Below, piece by piece: positions 57,595 to 64,000 of a stretch of DNA of 64,000 bases (positions are counted from its first letter, which is position 1; the number at the start of each line of letters is the position of its first letter). The DNA is from Pirellulaceae bacterium (GTDB lineage Bacteria; Planctomycetota; Planctomycetia; Pirellulales; Pirellulaceae). The notes beneath the pieces were generated by a model, which ran no database searches, was not told the DNA's origin, and was given only the letters and a program-made list of their open reading frames with translations. The stretch lies in NCBI GenBank assembly GCA_030744725.1, contig JASLPZ010000001.1, forward strand, positions 18,882 through 82,881, in the 5' to 3' direction. The translations under genes were made by a program, and so were the position numbers.

Positions 57595-57679
57595 GACTCT
57601 TAATCCCAATGCTGCTCTATGGTGAAAGACTCCCGACCCCTTTCCGGCCAGCAAGATAGAACAGGTTGACTCTTAATCC
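57595..57679. repeat. 61-bp family-B-related element (57607..57667) with flanking 12-bp direct duplication
   Basis: Perfect GACTCTTAATCC at 57595..57606 and 57668..57679. The interior carries a single arm, GAAAGACTCCCGACCCCTTTC (57624..57644). The second duplicate contains the TAA stop (57673..57675) of the upstream gene. Confidence 0.8.
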
Positions 57680-60162
57680 AGATATCGAAATTCAGAGCAG
57701 GCAAACAACGTTTGGCAAAAACTCGTCCACGCTGTAGCCTTTGCGGCATCGGACTTGGACTGACTTTCTGCGAGTGATTCGGTGGCATCGCGAATGAATT
57801 CCGTGGCAGCCTCAACCTCCGCCATCGTCGGTGAACGAGCCAGGGCCAACCGGTATGCCAGATCCACTCGCCCCGCGGCGTCGAACCCTTCTTCCGCCAG
57901 AACACGTCGGGCAAAATGGCCTGATTGCTCAATCACGAATGGGCTGTTCATCATGAACAGTGCCTGCGTTGGGACAGTCGTTACCTCGCGCTGCCCGAAT
58001 ATGATGCTGGGGTCAGGGAAGTCAAACACTTGGAGTATTTCAGGCACGGCGCCGCGCACAATTGGCAAATAGACGCTACGTCTAATACTAGCGACTGCGA
58101 ATTGGTCCGGTCGAAGGTTCCGGCCGATATCTCCGTCCCCGATTGACTCGACAATTGAACCTTTACCAGGAGACAGGTCAAGCTCTCCGCTGGCCAACAG
58201 GATCGAGTCACGGATGGCTTCCACTTCGAGCCGTCGTTGGTTCATTCTCCAGAGCAAGTTATTGTCGGGATCGACTTCTTCGGCTTTCGTGTTCGAGACA
58301 CCTGCCAACTGATACACGCGGCTATTCATGACCGTGCGAATCAGCTGCTTGACGGACCATCCGTTCTCAACGAACTCGATGGCCAAGTTATCCAGCAGTT
58401 CAGGATGCGTGGGGCGATCGCCGGTGGCACCGAAGTTGTTGACCGTCGCGACAATGCCACGTCCAAACAAATGCATCCAGATGCGGTTCACGGCGACTCG
58501 CGAAGTCAGCGGGTTGTGTGGGCTGGTTATCCACTGAGCGTATTGCAGACGACCGCTGGTATCCGATTCGATCTCTGGCGCCTTCTCCGGTGTCAGGATG
58601 GTCAGAACTCCTCGCGGTATTGTGTCGCCCCGTTCGTTCGCCTCACCTCGAATTCGAAGCGCCGTGTCCGACGGGTCCGCCGCATCCTGCACAGCCATTA
58701 CCAGGACCGTGGTCGCGGGGTCCGGCTTTGCTGTTTGCGCTTCGGCATTTCGCTTCGATTTCCGCATCTGCGCCTGCAATTTCTTAACTTGGGCCTCCGC
58801 GGCGGCAGTCCGCTTTACGGCCGCGTCGTTCTTACTAGCCTGTTTGCGGAGCTGTTGCAGTCGGCGCTGGGCAGCTTTGAGTTGATTAGCAAGTTTCTTC
58901 GTTGTGTTGCCCTTGCGGCCGGTTGCACCGCCGGTGGCGACAGGCTCTACATCCTTGGGGCCCAATGCCAGCAGCTTTCCTTGTTGCCGATTTCCATTGA
59001 GCTTCCCAGTTCCATAAAACGTCTCGGTGCTCCGAAAGATCCCTGCCAACGAATAGTAGTCTTCATTTGGAATGGGATCGAATTTGTGGTCGTGGCAACG
59101 AGCACAGCTGACGGTGAACGCCATAAACGCTTGCGTCGTGACGTCGATCTGCTCGTCGACGACATCCATCATGAACTTCTCGCGGTTCGTTTCATTCAGC
59201 GACTTGGTTCCGATCGCCAAAACGCCCGTGGCTATGAGTTGATCATTACGTTGATCAATGTTGTCAGCGGGAAGCAGATCACCCGCGACTTGCTCGGCAA
59301 TGAACCGATCAAACGGCTTATCCTTGTTGAACGACTGGATGACGTAGTCGCGATACCGCCACGCATAGGGAAAGGTGAAATTCCTTTCCATCCCGGTCGA
59401 CTCGCCATAGCGAACAACGTCCAACCAATGTCGGCCCCATCGCTCGCCGAATTGAGGCGAGTCGAGCAGACGATCGATCAGTTGTTCGAGAGCCGCCGCG
59501 GACGGATCGCCAATGAATTCGTTCACTTGCTCTGGTGTCGGCGGAAGCCCGATCAGGTCGAAGTAAACTCGTCGCACCAAGACGCGCGGGTCAGCGTCCA
59601 TGTTCGGCTCGAGCCCTTTCGATTCCAAGCGAGCCAGGACGAAACGGTCGATGTCGGTCCGGGGCCAGCTCTTTTTCTCGATCTTTGGTGGCGAGGACTT
59701 TCGAATCGGACTGAAGGACCAGAACTCACGCGCCTTTTCGATGTCGAGTTCCTTGCGAGCCACTGGCATTTTGCCTTCGCGCGGGTCGGGAGCGCCAAGC
59801 TTGATCCACTTCTCGAAGTCGGCAATTACCGATTCAGGCAACGGCTCATCGGGGGGCATCTCGAAATCTTCAAAACGGAGGGCATTGATCAGCAAGCTTT
59901 CCTTCAAGTTGCCAGGGACGACGGCGTGTCCCGATTCGCCGCCTTTGCGCGTCGCCTCACGCGTATCAAGCAGCAATTCACCCTCTATCTCTTTCGACGT
60001 TGCCGAATGGCACTCGTAACAGTGCTTCACAAGGACTGGCCGAATCTTCTTCTCGAAGAACTCGATGCCTTTGGCATCTGGTTCGGCGCTGCGAGTTGTT
60101 GAAACGGGACCGATCAGCAGGAAGGTACCGACAATTGCCAACGGGAGGACAGACCTATGCAT
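57673..60162 (-). CDS. PSCyt1 / DUF1549 / DUF1553 (PSD1) domain protein
   Basis: 829 aa with signal peptide MHRSVLPLAIVGTFLLIGPVS. FFEKKIRPVLVKHCYECHS, the DUF1549 region and CARCHDHKFDPI are present. It is paired with the downstream DUF1501 gene. Confidence 0.9.
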   Translation of the reverse strand: MHRSVLPLAIVGTFLLIGPVSTTRSAEPDAKGIEFFEKKIRPVLVKHCYECHSATSKEIEGELLLDTREATRKGGESGHAVVPGNLKESLLINALRFEDFEMPPDEPLPESVIADFEKWIKLGAPDPREGKMPVARKELDIEKAREFWSFSPIRKSSPPKIEKKSWPRTDIDRFVLARLESKGLEPNMDADPRVLVRRVYFDLIGLPPTPEQVNEFIGDPSAAALEQLIDRLLDSPQFGERWGRHWLDVVRYGESTGMERNFTFPYAWRYRDYVIQSFNKDKPFDRFIAEQVAGDLLPADNIDQRNDQLIATGVLAIGTKSLNETNREKFMMDVVDEQIDVTTQAFMAFTVSCARCHDHKFDPIPNEDYYSLAGIFRSTETFYGTGKLNGNRQQGKLLALGPKDVEPVATGGATGRKGNTTKKLANQLKAAQRRLQQLRKQASKNDAAVKRTAAAEAQVKKLQAQMRKSKRNAEAQTAKPDPATTVLVMAVQDAADPSDTALRIRGEANERGDTIPRGVLTILTPEKAPEIESDTSGRLQYAQWITSPHNPLTSRVAVNRIWMHLFGRGIVATVNNFGATGDRPTHPELLDNLAIEFVENGWSVKQLIRTVMNSRVYQLAGVSNTKAEEVDPDNNLLWRMNQRRLEVEAIRDSILLASGELDLSPGKGSIVESIGDGDIGRNLRPDQFAVASIRRSVYLPIVRGAVPEILQVFDFPDPSIIFGQREVTTVPTQALFMMNSPFVIEQSGHFARRVLAEEGFDAAGRVDLAYRLALARSPTMAEVEAATEFIRDATESLAESQSKSDAAKATAWTSFCQTLFACSEFRYLD

Positions 60163-60515
60163 TGCGGGCTCCTGGGGGTGGAACTTGATGTTACCCCTGA
60201 TTTTGGGTGGGGTCTTCAGCGGGTTTTGGACGTATCCGCAGATAGGATGCGCTTGGAGGCGGTATTATTTGCCCCGTTCCGACAATATGGTCCGGGATCC
60301 GGTGCTCCGATTCAAGCGAGGAATCTACGGAGATCATTCGGTTCACGCTGAGCAGAGTCGCTGAGTCCCGGGCTCACTTTGCGCGTTCTTGCACATGTTG
60401 CCTTCCGCCGCCGACCTCCGAACAATTCCTCTACCGAACCTGCTCCTCTCTACCGGTGTCTCGTCCTGGCTTCCTTCTTGTCGAAAAGTCTCCGCCCTGC
60501 CAAAAGGAGTCTGTC

Positions 60516-61427
60516 ATGTCTGTAGCTCTTCCGAAACTGCGCATCGGTGACCCAGTTCGCCAGGAAGCCCTCTGTGTCTTTCCGCTGTTCTCCGAACCGA
60601 ACGGCAAAGTCGAATACCATCTGTCGGATGAGGCTCTGGCAGACGAGTCGCTCCTTATTGAGGAAATCAGTGAAGGCGGGTCTGTTCCTGATCTACTGGT
60701 CGAGAACAGAGGCGACGTACGAGTTCTATTCCTCGAAGGTGAAGAACTAATTGGTGCGAAGCAGAACCGGATTCTCAACACGTCGGTGCTGGTCGCCGCC
60801 CATACCAAGGTCAAGATTCCGGTTTCCTGTGTTGAGCGGGGGCGATGGGGCTACAGGTCTCGGTACTTTGGATCGAGTGGCTCTCATTCCCCATCGAAAC
60901 TACGCCGTGCACTCAAGGCGTCGGTTAGCCGGTCAGTCAAAGAGAATCGAGGATACAGATCGGACCAAAGAGCGGTTTGGAACGAAGTCGATTGCCTCCA
61001 TGCGGCGCACGACATCGATTCTAACACAGCGGCCATGTCCGACGCCTTCGACACTCATCAGGACCGGATTGCCTCCTTCAGGGAGAACGTGAGATATGTG
61101 GATGGAGCTACGGGCATGGCTGTCGCGATCGGCGAGAATGTCGTGGCGCTCGACGTATTCGACAAACCCTCAACCTGCCAGAAGGTGTGGGACCGGATGC
61201 TCTCTGGTGTTGTCTTCGATGCGCTGGAAGCCGGTGAAACCGATCATGCTCCATCTGTCGCGGATGTCGAGCAGCTTCTAGGGACTGCCAATGATCTGCC
61301 GTGGGAGCAGACAAAATCGGTTGGAGAAGGCGAAGACTACCGTGCCGAATCCAAGCAGGGCGACCACGCTTCGGCACTTGCCTTCGAGGACACCGTAGTG
61401 CACGGCAGCGTAGTTGCGGCGGTCTAG
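60516..61427 (+). CDS. ARPP-1/DUF6569-like protein (uncharacterised; recalled family, unverified)
   Basis: ATG 60516 is preceded by AAAGGAG. The motifs ALCVFPLF, IEEISEGGSVPDLLVENRGDVRVLFLEGEELIGAKQNRILNTS and IPVSCVERGRWGY match my recollection of this family. Confidence 0.6.
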   Translation: MSVALPKLRIGDPVRQEALCVFPLFSEPNGKVEYHLSDEALADESLLIEEISEGGSVPDLLVENRGDVRVLFLEGEELIGAKQNRILNTSVLVAAHTKVKIPVSCVERGRWGYRSRYFGSSGSHSPSKLRRALKASVSRSVKENRGYRSDQRAVWNEVDCLHAAHDIDSNTAAMSDAFDTHQDRIASFRENVRYVDGATGMAVAIGENVVALDVFDKPSTCQKVWDRMLSGVVFDALEAGETDHAPSVADVEQLLGTANDLPWEQTKSVGEGEDYRAESKQGDHASALAFEDTVVHGSVVAAV

Positions 61428-61622
61428 CTGCCAGGGAATGATTTCTGTTGCCCATCGGTAGCCAGTCAATCACTCTGATCTGGCCATCCACACTTAAGAA
61501 GTTCCGCATAGGGTGAGAAAAGAGAGCCAGTGAGGTTAGGGTCGGCCAATCAATGGCTGATGATATTCGAAGACCCTCTTTGGTTGCGGCCAGAGGCCGC
61601 GCGGTGTCCCGAGCGTATACGG

Positions 61623-62390
61623 TTACGGCAGATACTCCCTGTAGCAGACGTTGAGGCCAGGCACAGGTGCAGCCAGCGCGCCGAAGTAATCTCCGGGTGT
61701 TGGGAGGGCGCGCACATACCATCGCGACGAGTCCTTTGACTGAACGGCGCGCCAGTCGCTCGCTGAGTCCGGACTGGTGGGTACATCGAATTCGGCTAAC
61801 GGTACCGACAGCCCGTGACCACGTGCTTTGACGTAGGCCTCCTTTCGGGTCCAGCAAGCAAAAAACGCGGCTGACATTTGCTGTGGGGGCGCTGCTCGCA
61901 ATTCACTCACCTCGCGAGGTGAGAAAAACTTGGTAGCCAGTTGTTCCATCTCCTCGAGATGCCGAACTCGTTCGACATCGACGCCAATCTCATGGTCGCG
62001 GCAGAGAGCGATCAGGACTACATCTCCCGAATGTGAAGTATTGAAGAATAGAGCTTTCCTCTCCAACTCAGGTTTCCCAAAACAGTTCGCCACAATTTGC
62101 ACTTCCTGAGGCCGCTTGGACAAGCAACGACCTAGCAGCGTGCGCAGGGTTGCTCGACCAAGAACGAAGGAGAGCCGGTCCTTTTCAAAAACAAAGCGAT
62201 TGGCGCGATCGATTTCGTCATCCGCAAGCAGTCCCAGCAATGCACTCTCGCGCGAGCGGTATGCCGCGACGGATGCCGACCATACATGGACATCACCCGA
62301 CGGCACTTGCCGGCCATCATCATCCAGCTCATTAGGTGACTGAGGCATGTCAGTTGACAAACTGCATTGTTGTGATTCGACCAGAGACAA
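61623..62390 (-). CDS. Sfp-type 4'-phosphopantetheinyl transferase
   Basis: FGKPEL, FNTSHSGDVVLIA, IGVDVERV and ACWTRKEAYVKARG motifs are present. The start is uncertain (TTG 62390 or ATG 62348). Confidence 0.82.
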   Translation of the reverse strand: MSLVESQQCSLSTDMPQSPNELDDDGRQVPSGDVHVWSASVAAYRSRESALLGLLADDEIDRANRFVFEKDRLSFVLGRATLRTLLGRCLSKRPQEVQIVANCFGKPELERKALFFNTSHSGDVVLIALCRDHEIGVDVERVRHLEEMEQLATKFFSPREVSELRAAPPQQMSAAFFACWTRKEAYVKARGHGLSVPLAEFDVPTSPDSASDWRAVQSKDSSRWYVRALPTPGDYFGALAAPVPGLNVCYREYLP

Positions 62391-62629
62391 AGCCTAGCAT
62401 AGGCCCGAATAGGTCTCATCAATCATTCAAGAAGGATGGAGTTCGGCCAATTTCGCGAGCGATGACGCCACGTTTCACGAGTTAGTTGCTATGATGAACC
62501 TCGACTGTTGGGACGAAACCATGGTCGATGCGATTCGGCGGCCTAAGGAAGAATGAGAACCGATCGCTTGGTACAATGCAACTCGTTACTCATCGGAAAC
62601 CGATCTAAACCTGCGAACGAATGGTAATC

Positions 62630-64000
62630 ATGAAACTTCTCGATTCTTTACAACTCGGAACGGTTGGCCTGGCGACGGTTTGTGTTGCCTTGGTCAGTCA
62701 CGCGCACGCTCAGCAATTCGATCCGGCGAAAGCAGCCGGCTTGCATGGAGGTCTCGTCGTTCAACTCGGTGCAAATGACACGCAGGCGGCATCCCGCCAG
62801 AGCCTCACCGGACGATATCTGATTCACGTTCTGGATCCCGATGCCGAGAAGATTCAGTCGGCGCGTTCGCGTCTGCGCCAAGACGGCCATTATGGCTTGG
62901 CTTGGGCGGAACAACCCGTTGATCGTGATCGGCTGCCGTACGCCGACAATATGGTCAACCTGATTGTTGTTCGTGATTACACGGTTGGGGTCGAAGAACT
63001 TTCGCGCGTGCTCACTCCGGACGGAACCGTTGTCGTGACGGATGCAAACGTGCTGCCGAAGTCACTGCTGGTGGCCGGCGGTTTTGTTTCGTTTGTCGAG
63101 AAGGGCTCAAACCTGATTGCGCGAAAGCCGCGACCGGAAGCGATGGACAGTTGGTCTCACCCGCGTCATGCCGCCGACGGCAACGCAGTTTCTCGCGACA
63201 CGCTGGTCGGACCGCCAGATCGCGTCCGATGGATAGCCGCCGCGACATCGGAAGTTGAGGGTATGGTTACAGCCGGCGGTCGCAATTTCTACGGCGGCAT
63301 CCTCGCACGCGACAGTTTTAACGGTCTGCGGCTCTGGCATCGCGATCTGAGGAAGAGCGAGAACAATCCCGATGACTTCTCGCTTCCCAGACTGTCTCGT
63401 GATGGTGCGCGGCCTGTTGCATCTGACGAACTTGTATTCGCCGTGTTGCAGAACCGCCCCGTGGCCTTGGACGCCGCGACAGGTGAAGTCGTCGTGGCAT
63501 TGGGCGACATGTTGAACCCAAAGACCGTCATTCACGATGGCACTCGCGTGATCGCCGCAGACAGTAACTCAGTTCGCGCGTTCGATACAGAGACAGGTAA
63601 GGAATCCTGGAATGTGGCGGCGGCCGAACCGGCCAACGTCATTTCCGATGGGGCCACTGTGGCCTACATTCAAGGAAGAGTGCGGCGAGGCGAGAAGCTT
63701 GAAGCCGTCTCGCTCGTGGCCGACAGGGGCACTGTGAAATGGCGACGCGATGATTATCCGTGGTTGCCTCTCACGGCACGCACGGTATTGGCGAAAGGGC
63801 AGTTGGTGTTTGAAGCGTCCACACTGAACGATAACGATGCCGACAACGGCATCCACGTCGTCTCGGCCGCGACGGGTGAACATCGCTGGTCCAAAGAATA
63901 CCCACCGGGGATGAACCACACGCGGCAGGCCAGAGCGATGTTTGTGGAAGACGATCTTTGGATTCTGCACGGCGGCAAGGTTAACACCAGTGACAAAGAG
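62630..64000 (+). CDS. secreted PQQ-like beta-propeller protein with N-terminal methyltransferase-like module (partial, runs off window end)
   Basis: Open frame from ATG 62630 to the window end (457 codons); it is not in the track because no stop is reached. Signal peptide MKLLDSLQLGTVGLATVCVALVSHAHA is present. A Rossmann-like block (GGLVVQLGAND...YLIHVLDPD...NLIVV) follows. WSHPRHAADGNAVSRDTLVGPPDRVRWIA and the propeller blades then follow, as in planctomycete PQQ-repeat proteins. Confidence 0.8.
   Translation, partial: MKLLDSLQLGTVGLATVCVALVSHAHAQQFDPAKAAGLHGGLVVQLGANDTQAASRQSLTGRYLIHVLDPDAEKIQSARSRLRQDGHYGLAWAEQPVDRDRLPYADNMVNLIVVRDYTVGVEELSRVLTPDGTVVVTDANVLPKSLLVAGGFVSFVEKGSNLIARKPRPEAMDSWSHPRHAADGNAVSRDTLVGPPDRVRWIAAATSEVEGMVTAGGRNFYGGILARDSFNGLRLWHRDLRKSENNPDDFSLPRLSRDGARPVASDELVFAVLQNRPVALDAATGEVVVALGDMLNPKTVIHDGTRVIAADSNSVRAFDTETGKESWNVAAAEPANVISDGATVAYIQGRVRRGEKLEAVSLVADRGTVKWRRDDYPWLPLTARTVLAKGQLVFEASTLNDNDADNGIHVVSAATGEHRWSKEYPPGMNHTRQARAMFVEDDLWILHGGKVNTSDKE

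Noticed and set aside
58237-60102. 621-aa ORF on the plus strand
   Set aside because: It lies entirely antisense to the 829-aa PSCyt/DUF1549/DUF1553 gene, whose product has clear family motifs. The plus-strand translation is Arg/Leu-rich and featureless, as is typical of shadow ORFs in high-GC DNA.

Overview
GC-rich chromosomal segment that looks like a Planctomycetota (Pirellulales-type) genome. This is inferred from two PSCyt/DUF1549/DUF1553 + DUF1501 gene pairs, SHD1- and PQQ-propeller secreted proteins, and CRTAC1/ASPIC proteins. No similarity search was possible; every call comes from reading motifs in the supplied translations and the DNA.

Gene content, in order:
- Ribosomal str/S10 genes on the minus strand: rpsL-rpsG-fusA, then rpsJ-rplC' (no tuf between fusA and rpsJ).
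- larC, a thioredoxin-fold YyaL-like gene and panB.
- Two secreted proteins (SHD1-type and PQQ-propeller).
- An imuA-imuB-dnaE2 mutagenesis cassette with a candidate operator palindrome.
- DUF368, purA, uppS, cdsA.
- rpsD.
- Pyruvate dehydrogenase genes: lpdA, then aceE-aceF, separated by rlmKL and a methyltransferase on the other strand.
- A four-gene uncharacterised envelope cluster: FG-GAP/ASPIC giant protein, small secreted protein, membrane-anchored pentaheme cytochrome c with TPR tail, and a CRTAC1-like protein.
- A secretin-N-domain protein that appears truncated, next to a rearrangement scar (coiled-coil ORF plus the C-terminal relic of a DUF1501 gene).
- Two convergent PSCyt-DUF1553/DUF1501 pairs enclosing a GH-like gene, a clan-CD (C13/caspase-fold) peptidase and a small membrane protein.
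- An ARPP-1/DUF6569-like orphan, an Sfp-type PPTase, and a partial PQQ-propeller gene at the window end.

No rRNA, tRNA, CRISPR array, prophage or intact IS was recognised.

The main structure not explained by the genes is a set of short palindromic MITE/REP-like repeat families sharing a CTCC(C)GACC core:
- Two copies are flanked by perfect 12-bp direct duplications that include stop codons.
- One copy sits in frame inside rlmKL.
- Two direct copies bracket a single gene.
- Another family sits in the same orientation upstream of two ribosomal-protein operons.

Many long ORFs in the supplied track are antisense shadows of real genes, as expected in high-GC DNA, and were not called.
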